IMG/VR virus record: IMGVR_UViG_3300021431_000009
Source: an uncultured virus (IMG/VR IMGVR_UViG_3300021431_000009)
Taxonomy: Duplodnaviria > Heunggongvirae > Uroviricota > Caudoviricetes
Length of the DNA: 22,478 nt
Reading direction: 5' to 3' (one strand)
Below the pieces are notes generated by a model, which was not told where the DNA came from, did not search any database, and was given only the letters and a program-made list of their open reading frames with translations. The position numbers were made by a program, and so were the translations under genes. Positions 8,286-15,788 of the stretch are shown in pieces. Each line of letters opens with the position of its first letter. The first letter of the stretch is position 1.

Positions 8286-8354
8286 TATATCCATTGAAAG
8301 ATGGTGCTGAAGAACACCCAGCAAGAGGTGCTCAAGATTAAATCCCACAAGAAA

Positions 8355-8747
8355 ATGAAGACAAACAAGAACAATTGCAGCGTTTATGTAACATTCGTTA
8401 GAGGCTTGGAACCCACGACTGTTGAACTGAACGGACTCAAGGGTGCCACAGAGTACATCACAGACGTTATTCTAAAGAACAATTGGAAGTTCATCGGTAT
8501 GACAAGAGGCATGGAGTACAAGCCTATTGAGTGTGACCTTACTGACATTCAGCGAGAGGTGCTTGAAACTCTCAAGAAGGATGCAGAGTTCTACGGAGAG
8601 GATGGTCAGTTCACAATTGAGGCTTCCCACTTTAGGTTTTCCTACAAGGTTGTGACTGAGGCTATCAATATCCTATCTACATTAGGTTTCGTAACTATAT
8701 TCCCGAAGAGATCTTGTTACTTCGACGGAAAAATCAATAACATTTAA
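8355..8747 (+). CDS. hypothetical protein, first gene after P2
   Basis: The ORF track start is 8301, but the in-frame ATG 8355 sits 5 nt after an AATCCCACA leader motif shared with two downstream genes. Confidence 0.65.
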   Translation: MKTNKNNCSVYVTFVRGLEPTTVELNGLKGATEYITDVILKNNWKFIGMTRGMEYKPIECDLTDIQREVLETLKKDAEFYGEDGQFTIEASHFRFSYKVVTEAINILSTLGFVTIFPKRSCYFDGKINNI

Positions 8748-8759
8748 TCCCACAGAATT

Positions 8760-9002
8760 ATGGCAACAAAAAGAACATTCGCAGAAATTGCGAGAGAGAT
8801 TAAGAAGGTTTGGGCAAAGCCCTACTTTGGTGCAGTTCCTTACATTGACGCAATGATGGAGATTGATTCTTCGGACAAGAACGCTCCCTACTTGCTTGAG
8901 ACCGCAAAGGACATAGTTCCTTACTTCTTGTGCAACGCTACTACGTGGAGAGGTGCTGATGCAAGACGCATCAAGGCTGAACTTAAAGAAATGCTTAAGT
9001 AG
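8760..9002 (+). CDS. small helical phage protein of unknown function
   Basis: 80 aa; the IA.EI...W..PYFGA.PY..AM...YFL.NA..WRG..ARRIKAELK pattern resembles a family I recall from other phages (unverified). Confidence 0.7.
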   Translation: MATKRTFAEIAREIKKVWAKPYFGAVPYIDAMMEIDSSDKNAPYLLETAKDIVPYFLCNATTWRGADARRIKAELKEMLK

Positions 9003-9003
9003 T

Positions 9004-9321
9004 ATGTACGAGAAACATCTAAAGGGAAACGAGGCTGTTAGACAGCTTCGTTCCCACCAAGGAAAAAGGAACATGAGTGAACGTAGTGCAATGCTCGACC
9101 CAATCACAAAGGTTGCAGACTACTCCTTGAGAGACATTCCTGCTGAGATAACAGTTCGTACAACAGACGGAGAAATCTTTAGGGCGAAGCATCTTCGCAG
9201 CAGTACTCACTTTCCTTACATTGTTCCAGAGTTGGTCGATGCACAGAATGGGTGCCTACTTATTACCTATCTTACTTATGGGTCTCTGATTAGGTTATAT
9301 AACAAGGTAATGAAGAACTGA
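9004..9321 (+). CDS. hypothetical protein
   Basis: Likely start at ATG 9004, just after the upstream TAG. Confidence 0.55.
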   Translation: MYEKHLKGNEAVRQLRSHQGKRNMSERSAMLDPITKVADYSLRDIPAEITVRTTDGEIFRAKHLRSSTHFPYIVPELVDAQNGCLLITYLTYGSLIRLYNKVMKN

Positions 9322-9325
9322 TATT

Positions 9326-10030
9326 ATGGAAGGTTTCAATAAAGCTCGTGTAATGGAGGTGTCTGACAAGATTCAAGCTCTTCTCAATGAACTTGCAAAA
9401 GAGGAAGGCATCCAGATGTCAATGGCGGGCGGTAAGTTTACTGCTGACAGCTTCACTCTCAAAATCTCAGGTAAACTCTTGGAGGCAGACGGTAGTCGAT
9501 TCATCAGTAAGTCCACAAACATAGATGCTGATTGGGCTGCAAAGAGAGACGACATTTCCTACTCGACACCACATTTTATTGGAAGTGTTTGGAGGTTCAG
9601 GACATCGGGCCTTGTATGTGTTGAGGAATACTCAAAGAAGAACAGGAAATATCCTTATATCTGCTCTGTGTATGGAGAGGGCAGACGTATCAAGGCTGCT
9701 CCGGGTTCATTCAAAACGGGTGAGGAGGTCAAGATGCCCACAGCTGAGAACTTCTATGTTTGGTTTGTCACTGATGTAGAGTCAGACGCAATTACCCAAA
9801 TAGCTGAAGAGACGTGTGATAACGTAAACGATTACATCAGCTGTCGATATGAAAGCGCAACTAACTTGGAGAAGTTCTATGACTTATGCGGCAAGTACTA
9901 TGATAGTTATATTGATGGATTAAAGAAGGTTCCACGTGAAGCACAGGACTTATCCAATTCTCTCTACGAGTCACTTATCAAGAACAACGATGTTGAAGCA
10001 TCAATAAGCATTATTAGAAAACATTTATAG
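9326..10030 (+). CDS. hypothetical protein
   Basis: 234-aa ORF with AT-rich leader. Confidence 0.75.
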   Translation: MEGFNKARVMEVSDKIQALLNELAKEEGIQMSMAGGKFTADSFTLKISGKLLEADGSRFISKSTNIDADWAAKRDDISYSTPHFIGSVWRFRTSGLVCVEEYSKKNRKYPYICSVYGEGRRIKAAPGSFKTGEEVKMPTAENFYVWFVTDVESDAITQIAEETCDNVNDYISCRYESATNLEKFYDLCGKYYDSYIDGLKKVPREAQDLSNSLYESLIKNNDVEASISIIRKHL

Positions 10031-10050
10031 TAATTTAAAATCCCACAAAG

Positions 10051-10365
10051 ATGAAAAAAGCAGAAGTACAAAACACAGTTCGTATGGGACTTATTGTTCC
10101 AGCCAGTTATTTCAAGCGTAGTGCTTGGGTTAATGTTGAGAGAGTAATGGAGTACCTTGTAAAGAAAGGTCTCGTAGTACGTAAACAAGGTGACATCAAG
10201 TATGCCAAGAAGTCTCACGACATTTCATTGGAGACACTCGCAGATGCCTACTATCATTCACCATTTATGGAGCACGTAGATGAAATGCGCAAGTTGTCCG
10301 CTGACTTGCAGCTTCCTCTTAACAGCGGAGCATTACTCAAGGCGTTTAACAATGTAAATATCTAA
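10051..10365 (+). CDS. hypothetical protein
   Basis: 104-aa ORF preceded by AATCCCACA. Confidence 0.7.
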   Translation: MKKAEVQNTVRMGLIVPASYFKRSAWVNVERVMEYLVKKGLVVRKQGDIKYAKKSHDISLETLADAYYHSPFMEHVDEMRKLSADLQLPLNSGALLKAFNNVNI

Positions 10366-10369
10366 GGTT

Positions 10370-11881
10370 ATGGAACTCAAGAAATTCATACAGACAGTGA
10401 AAATGCAGCGTGGTAGGTATGCTAAGACTCCAGATGCTGCAAAGGAGAAGGGTACAATCGAGAAAATCGTTGATAAGTTCGGTGGTAAGCTCGAAGTGAT
10501 TGCACAACTTAAAGAAGCCAAGGAGAACGATATGCTTGACTACATCAAGGGCATATTAGGCATCAAGAAGGTAAAGGCTGAACCTAAAGAGGAGACTCCT
10601 GCTGATGCACCAGCATCTGAGGCCCCTGCTGAAAAGAAAAAGGTTGGCAGACCTAAGAAGGAAGAGACTCCTACTGAATATGGTCAGGATAAGGAAGGAA
10701 ATATGTACTCTATTGATACGGTCAAGAAGACTTGCAAGCGCGTGTATAATTCCTTTAAGGAGTTGAACCTTGAAGACCTTGACATTCCAGAAATGAGCCT
10801 CAAGACCTACTATAACTATCTGAAAGATATGTTTGCAGGTGAGGACATCAAATTCAAGAAGGGCAAGATTACTTTTCGTGACTTCAGAATATCCTTATCT
10901 ATTGAAACAGGATTTACGGTGGAGGACATCCGTAAGAAGGGTGAAATCGTTGAGACACCATTTGAGGGCATCCCTACTCCAAAAGAATTGGGAGAATGGT
11001 TCAAGAAGCCGGTCATTGTTACTACACCCGAAGAAGAGAGGGAGGCTATTGAACGTGGTAAGGAGTTCTTACGTAGAAGAAAGGAAGAGCATGATGCTAT
11101 GGCTGCTGAACGTGAGAGAATGCTGGAGGAACCAACTGCTGAGGACTTCGAGAAATTCCGTAATGAGGTTCTCAAGAAGATTCAGGACATCCGTGAAAAG
11201 GTTGACCCACAATTCGACCCACAGCAGTTCCCCAAGATGATTCCTTTCAAGCGTTGGAGAAGACAAGCCAACTCACTCCTTACAAAATGGAAGAAGAAGG
11301 AGATTCGCTATGCTAAATTCTTAAAGGAATTGGAGCGTGTGACTACTGAGGAGACATTTGTTATTGAGGAGAAAAATCACAGGAGTTCATTCAAGGGTTC
11401 GATGCTCCCGCTGTTCCATAAGGTCGGATACCTTATTGGTAATCAGCTTGAGGTTGATGATAAGAGGGTAGATGCAGTTCCGTTCCTACTCGATTATCTT
11501 CTCCACTATGAGCCAAGAGCCATGTCACAGATAATGAAATACTCAAGGGGAGAAATCACTGATAGAGAACTCATTGAGAATCCCATTGTAGTAGATTGGA
11601 AGGAGGAGTACAAAAAGCGCGGTGTAATCAATTCAGCTCACAATGCTCAGGTCATAACTTGTGTGTTCGATGCTTGCGGACTTGTTGCACCACAGGACTT
11701 ACTCTATGAGGCAGACCTCAAGGTAGGTGATGTAATATTGCTTATGGTAGATGGTGAATTGAGACGTAGAACAATTGCCAAGGTTCATCAGGGAATTGAG
11801 GTTGGTAAGGAAGTGGGTCTTTTGAAAACTGATAAATGGATTAAGGCCCCAATTAAGGAAGAGAAAACTGAAAACAAATAA
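10370..11881 (+). CDS. large charged hypothetical protein with Pro/Ala/Glu linker and AT-hook-like motif
   Basis: 503 aa, Lys/Glu-rich; EETPADAPASEAPAEKKKVGRPKK; central coiled-coil-like segment. Confidence 0.75.
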   Translation: MELKKFIQTVKMQRGRYAKTPDAAKEKGTIEKIVDKFGGKLEVIAQLKEAKENDMLDYIKGILGIKKVKAEPKEETPADAPASEAPAEKKKVGRPKKEETPTEYGQDKEGNMYSIDTVKKTCKRVYNSFKELNLEDLDIPEMSLKTYYNYLKDMFAGEDIKFKKGKITFRDFRISLSIETGFTVEDIRKKGEIVETPFEGIPTPKELGEWFKKPVIVTTPEEEREAIERGKEFLRRRKEEHDAMAAERERMLEEPTAEDFEKFRNEVLKKIQDIREKVDPQFDPQQFPKMIPFKRWRRQANSLLTKWKKKEIRYAKFLKELERVTTEETFVIEEKNHRSSFKGSMLPLFHKVGYLIGNQLEVDDKRVDAVPFLLDYLLHYEPRAMSQIMKYSRGEITDRELIENPIVVDWKEEYKKRGVINSAHNAQVITCVFDACGLVAPQDLLYEADLKVGDVILLMVDGELRRRTIAKVHQGIEVGKEVGLLKTDKWIKAPIKEEKTENK

Positions 11882-11906
11882 GGGTATGGGGCTTCGGCCC
11901 CACCCT
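11881..11906. terminator. GC-rich hairpin with C(UUCG)G tetraloop (terminator-like or RNA-stability element)
   Basis: AGGG-TA-TGGGGC-TTCG-GCCCCA-CCCT; no U-tract on the + strand. Confidence 0.5.
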
Positions 11907-11922
11907 ACTAAAATAAAAAGGT

Positions 11923-12138
11923 ATGGAACTAAAAGAAATCATTAGAATTATTTATTGGATATTGCTATTTGCCTATATTATAGGTGCTATCCTTTGGACT
12001 TGGGCGGTTTACATTGATACTAATGGGTGGAGAGCTAAGAAGAATACTTTGTATTCGGCTGCAACTTTCATATTTATCGGAGCTGTAGTGTTTGGTTTAG
12101 GAGCAGTATTAATGTGGGAACATAGATTATGGAATTAG
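11923..12138 (+). CDS. small membrane protein, two TM segments
   Basis: Two hydrophobic stretches (IIYWILLFAYIIGAILWTWAVYI; ATFIFIGAVVFGLGAVLMW). Confidence 0.7.
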   Translation: MELKEIIRIIYWILLFAYIIGAILWTWAVYIDTNGWRAKKNTLYSAATFIFIGAVVFGLGAVLMWEHRLWN

Positions 12139-12151
12139 ATATAAATAAGGT

Positions 12152-12508
12152 ATGTCAAAGATAAATGCAAAAGCAATACGTGAAGAAGCTCGTAAGGAGT
12201 TTGCACGTAAACATAACATAGAACTTGAGAGGCTTCGTGAAGAAAACAAGAGCCTCAGAGTTCAGATCAATGCAGCTAATGAATCTTGCTATAAGGTTTC
12301 CCATGAAAATGAGAAGCTAAAGGAGCAGTTACAGGTCCAGAAGGAATGGATAGAACGGCTGATGGAGTTTGTTAATATGCCAGATGACGAGAGGAGTTCT
12401 GCAATTAAGGAGTATGTAGAGACTAAGAAAATGTCGGAGGAGTTTAAGAAGTTGTTCGCTCCGTACTTTAGTGTTCTTAATAGATTAAATAACGTCTTTT
12501 CAATATAA
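12152..12508 (+). CDS. coiled-coil hypothetical protein
   Basis: Heptad-like LERLREENKSLRVQIN...ENEKLKEQL. Confidence 0.7.
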   Translation: MSKINAKAIREEARKEFARKHNIELERLREENKSLRVQINAANESCYKVSHENEKLKEQLQVQKEWIERLMEFVNMPDDERSSAIKEYVETKKMSEEFKKLFAPYFSVLNRLNNVFSI

Positions 12509-12553
12509 GACATTCTATATTCTTGATTATAATAAATTTAAAATACTATAATT

Positions 12554-13153
12554 ATGGACTATAAAGAAAAATACGAAATGGCTCTTGAGGGTCTTCAAGA
12601 AATATTGAGTAGTGGAGAAGATTCTATAAAGATGTCAAGATTGCAGCTGCGCTTACAAGGTATCTTTCCCGAACTTGCAGAGTCAGATGATGAGAGGATA
12701 AGGAAAGAGATTATAGCAATCCTGCAATATAAGTATGAAAATTTTTCAAAAGACCCCAAGTATCACAATGTACCTCAATGGATTGCTTGGCTTGAAAAGC
12801 AAGGTCAAACTTTTACCAAGAAAGATGTTGACGATGCTTATCTCAAAGGTGTATGTGATACAAAGCACGAACTTGAAAAGCAAGGTGAGCAGAAGTCTGC
12901 TTGGAGCGAAGAGGATTCTTATATGTTGGGGCAGGCAATTAAATGCGTAAATAACTCTGGAAAACTTGATGTATCAACAGAAGAAATAGAATATTGGCTC
13001 AAATCCATTGGCCCACAGAAGAAGTGGAAGCCAAGTGAGGACCAGATGACTGCGCTTGCTGAAGCTCTAAGTCTTGCAAAGAACTGCGGAGAAGACTGGT
13101 CATTCGACCTCAGAACATTACATGAGCAATTAAAGAAACTAAAAGGAGAGTAA
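12554..13153 (+). CDS. modular repeat protein of a type seen in Bacteroidales phages (WLEKQG / WSEED / WKPSEDQM blocks)
   Basis: Blocks MDYKEKYE, IFPELAESDDERIRKEII, WLEKQG, WSEED, WLKS, WKPSEDQM, LHEQLKKL; the family link is recalled, not searched. Confidence 0.7.
   Translation: MDYKEKYEMALEGLQEILSSGEDSIKMSRLQLRLQGIFPELAESDDERIRKEIIAILQYKYENFSKDPKYHNVPQWIAWLEKQGQTFTKKDVDDAYLKGVCDTKHELEKQGEQKSAWSEEDSYMLGQAIKCVNNSGKLDVSTEEIEYWLKSIGPQKKWKPSEDQMTALAEALSLAKNCGEDWSFDLRTLHEQLKKLKGE
12791..12886 (+). repeat. 15-bp direct repeat CTTGAAAAGCAAGGT (12791-12805, 12872-12886) bounding an in-frame 81-bp module
   Basis: Exact repeat encoding LEKQG twice, 27 codons apart. Confidence 0.8.
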
Positions 13154-13156
13154 GGT

Positions 13157-13543
13157 ATGGCAAAATTTAATGTCGGGGATGAGATCTATAGTGAGAAGAA
13201 TCCCTTTGTAAAATATCGGGTGGTTCAGGTGGATATACCAAAGATGAACAAAGACCCAGAGTACATCCTTGAAGATATTTGGTCAAGGGGAAAGGGCAAA
13301 CAATACAGGATGCCAATTAGTAGGGTTGATAAGTGGGGTGTTCTCTTGAATGAAAGCAAGCCCAAGGAACAGTTGGTAGTGATGAACTACGTTACGGGTG
13401 ACGTTGATATTTACAATGTGGACAGCAATGCAGATATTGACGAGGAGTATCTCTCGAAGTTAGGTTACAGGACGTGCGATTGTCATTGGATGTTCTGTCA
13501 AAACGGAGTAAATGTAAACTATGAAGATAAAGTATTGGTATGA
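13157..13543 (+). CDS. hypothetical protein (N-terminal KFNVGD, SH3-like start)
   Basis: 128-aa ORF; KFNVGDEI...YRVVQV...EYIL resembles small beta-barrel phage domains. Confidence 0.65.
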   Translation: MAKFNVGDEIYSEKNPFVKYRVVQVDIPKMNKDPEYILEDIWSRGKGKQYRMPISRVDKWGVLLNESKPKEQLVVMNYVTGDVDIYNVDSNADIDEEYLSKLGYRTCDCHWMFCQNGVNVNYEDKVLV

Positions 13544-13668
13544 GACAGTGTGAAGGTTTTAATTGCAGGATTAAGAATCTCTGCGAGCGTTTTACTGAGA
13601 ATCCGACTCCTTCGGATATGAAGAATTGTATTGACACAAAGAAATTCATTCGTAAAGATGGAGCTTAG
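13540..13668 (+). CDS. small Cys-rich protein (42 aa), absent from the ORF track
   Basis: MRQCEGFNCRIKNLCERFTENPTPSDMKNCIDTKKFIRKDGA*; ATGA overlap upstream and overlap with the ATG at 13658 downstream. Confidence 0.6.
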   Translation: MRQCEGFNCRIKNLCERFTENPTPSDMKNCIDTKKFIRKDGA

Positions 13669-13966
13669 GAGTTTTAACGTAGAGCGTGTTTATCAGGCTT
13701 GTGTGATTTGTTCTATTGGGGAAGACCTTGGTATCAAGAAACTCCCCTTTGAGGAGAACAGGGAAAATATTGTGAGTATGCTCCAACAGGTACAGACTCA
13801 GGATGGTAAGGCACCTTTGCAGGTGTGCAATCTCAGGAAAGACGGCGAAACATGGACTCCATATTTGCAGATAGTAGAAATGCTTATGCGTATGGGCAGG
13901 AAGATGGGAGTCGTTGAATATTCAGGTAGGCTCAATGCAGACACGATAATAACTATCAAGGTATGA
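13658..13966 (+). CDS. hypothetical protein
   Basis: In-frame ATG at 13658 (MELRSFNV...) preferred over the TTG at 13631. Confidence 0.65.
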   Translation: MELRSFNVERVYQACVICSIGEDLGIKKLPFEENRENIVSMLQQVQTQDGKAPLQVCNLRKDGETWTPYLQIVEMLMRMGRKMGVVEYSGRLNADTIITIKV

Positions 13967-14247
13967 ATAAACCGATTTCAGTTGATGAAGCGTTGAGTGG
14001 TAAGAAAACGTTCTATGCTAAGAAATGGCAACAGAATGGCTACTATCCAATCAATAAGTTTGTTTACCATCCCGACAAAGATGCCTTCGAGCAATTTGTG
14101 CAGAAGTCAGGTGGTTGGTACTCTTGGGGAATTAATGACACAGATACCATATCTAATAAAGATTGGTGGAAGTATATTTTTGAACATAATGGGTACAAGT
14201 TATCGTTTGATGAAATGAAAGATAATAAGAACTATAATTATGAGTAA
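13963..14247 (+). CDS. hypothetical protein
   Basis: 94-aa aromatic-rich ORF, ATGA overlap. Confidence 0.65.
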   Translation: MNKPISVDEALSGKKTFYAKKWQQNGYYPINKFVYHPDKDAFEQFVQKSGGWYSWGINDTDTISNKDWWKYIFEHNGYKLSFDEMKDNKNYNYE

Positions 14248-14250
14248 GAT

Positions 14251-14613
14251 ATGAAACCAAAAGAAATCATTGAACAAGCGAATCTCTCTAAGGGGTTCAA
14301 CAAAAAGAATCAGGACGTTTTCTTCCAGATTATGTCCGATGAACTGCTGGCTGCTTATGACAGCTATGGTGTAAAAGACAGTGACCGGCATTTTGATGCA
14401 GCCGTAAAAACTTTACGGAGCAAATGGGACGGTATCTCTAAGAAGATTCCTTACGGATTAACTGATGGCGTGTGGGGATTCTTTTATGCACGTTATGCAG
14501 CTCCACTGAAAGAGGAACTTTGCCCCACATGGAAGAAGCGTAATGATGAATGGATTCGTAAGCGTGACGAGAGACTGAGACGTAAGAAGGAAAAATCAAA
14601 AAACAAAGATTGA
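14251..14613 (+). CDS. hypothetical protein with basic C-terminus
   Basis: 120-aa ORF. Confidence 0.7.
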   Translation: MKPKEIIEQANLSKGFNKKNQDVFFQIMSDELLAAYDSYGVKDSDRHFDAAVKTLRSKWDGISKKIPYGLTDGVWGFFYARYAAPLKEELCPTWKKRNDEWIRKRDERLRRKKEKSKNKD

Positions 14614-14614
14614 T

Positions 14615-14908
14615 ATGGCAAAACGTAAAAACAGTAATGGAGCCGAGGTGAGCATCAATGATGTTCGAGCTTCCATAAGAAGTGAACTTGAAAAGAAGTA
14701 CGGCAGTATAGCCAAGTTCATGCACCACAAGGATTCAGAGAAATTCGGCGGTCGTAAGATTCGTTGTTATCTCTATGATTCAGGTTCAGTGAACTTTGAG
14801 GTTATCTCAGGTCTTGCAAAATGGTTGGGACTTGGAGAACTAAAAAGGAGCGTAATAGTTACAAGAAGTTATAAATACGTGCTTTCTGAGGGGCAAAAAG
14901 GTGAATAA
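14615..14908 (+). CDS. hypothetical protein, possible Cro/CI-like helix-turn-helix
   Basis: IRSELEKKYGSIAKF...KIRCYLYDSGSVNFEVISGLAKWLGL loosely follows the XRE helical pattern. Confidence 0.45.
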   Translation: MAKRKNSNGAEVSINDVRASIRSELEKKYGSIAKFMHHKDSEKFGGRKIRCYLYDSGSVNFEVISGLAKWLGLGELKRSVIVTRSYKYVLSEGQKGE

Positions 14909-14931
14909 AATGCAGATTTAATTCTTTTTGT

Positions 14932-14962
14932 TTTGTAGTTTGAAAATATTTGTTTATCTTTG
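14932..14962 (+). promoter_or_regulatory. Bacteroidota sigma70-type promoter P3 for the KTSC-queD-terminase module
   Basis: TTTG (14932-14935), 19-nt spacer, TATCTTTG (14955-14962). Confidence 0.7.
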
Positions 14963-14995
14963 CGGCGACATCGACTAAGTTCGGTGCCGCCTTTT
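14962..14995 (+). terminator. hairpin plus T-tract overlapping the P3 start region
   Basis: GCGGC-(GAC)-ATCGA-CTAAGT-TCGGT-GCCGC followed by CTTTTATT. Confidence 0.5.
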
Positions 14996-15009
14996 ATTGC
15001 GCTTAAACG

Positions 15010-15240
15010 ATGAAGATAGTGTCCTCTAACATATCAACAGCGGACTATGACCGCCAGAGGAGGGAATTAAAGATAGTGTTTATCAAGAGACCTCTATGGG
15101 AGTACATCTATCTTAAAGTTCCCCCAAACATTTGGGTGGAGTTCGTAAGAGCTGAAAGTAAGGGACGGTACTTAAAGGACATTATCGAGCCAAGGTATAT
15201 GTATATTCGTAGAATTATTAGGAACAATAAAAAATCGTAG
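15010..15240 (+). CDS. KTSC domain protein (second copy)
   Basis: SSNISTADYD....ELKIVF......YIYLKVPP.....FVRAESKGRYL...I..RY. Confidence 0.85.
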   Translation: MKIVSSNISTADYDRQRRELKIVFIKRPLWEYIYLKVPPNIWVEFVRAESKGRYLKDIIEPRYMYIRRIIRNNKKS

Positions 15241-15245
15241 CAATT

Positions 15246-15788
15246 ATGGGTAAACTAACAAGAATCTTCGACTTTGATGCAGCGCATCGAGTGATGAATG
15301 AAAAGATGAAGTGTTTTAATCTGCACGGACATAGGTTCCATGTAGAGCTTACTTTTCGTTATTCAGAAGTAACAGCACTTGGCTATGCAATTGACTTTAA
15401 GGAAATCAAGCGCCTTGCAGGTACTTGGCTTGACGAGTCATTCGACCATGCCACAATTCTGAATCCGCTGGATGAGGAACTCATTGCTTTCTGCAAGAAG
15501 AACGGTTGGCGGTTGTATGTTATGGGCCTTGGTGATGTAGATGATACCAATCCGTCTGCTGAGAACTTGGCCTCGGAGATTTTCTATTGTATCGACTTCA
15601 TCTTCCGTGAGAGTTTCGGTACAGATGTTGTTCTTGAGAACGTGCGCCTGTATGAGACTCCTAATTGTTGGGTTGATGTTGACGGTGCTGACTATGAAGC
15701 CTCAGACGGTGTAGATTCCATGCTTACTGAATGGGCTAAGAAAATGGGAGTTGTAAACTACGATGTAAGGGAAGATGCCAAAGCGTAA
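15246..15788 (+). CDS. queD: 6-carboxy-5,6,7,8-tetrahydropterin synthase (QueD/PTPS family)
   Basis: FDAAHR, CFNLHGH (catalytic Cys and Zn-binding His), IDFKEIK, FDH, NPSAENLA, VRLYETP. Confidence 0.9.
   Translation: MGKLTRIFDFDAAHRVMNEKMKCFNLHGHRFHVELTFRYSEVTALGYAIDFKEIKRLAGTWLDESFDHATILNPLDEELIAFCKKNGWRLYVMGLGDVDDTNPSAENLASEIFYCIDFIFRESFGTDVVLENVRLYETPNCWVDVDGADYEASDGVDSMLTEWAKKMGVVNYDVREDAKA

Noticed and set aside
11923..12138. Holin
   Set aside because: Two TM segments fit, but there is no adjacent endolysin or spanin and it lies in the accessory region.
14251..15240. Small terminase subunit among the ORFs upstream of terL
   Set aside because: The nearest genes are clearly queD and KTSC; 14251..14613 and 14615..14908 show no feature that lets me assign TerS.
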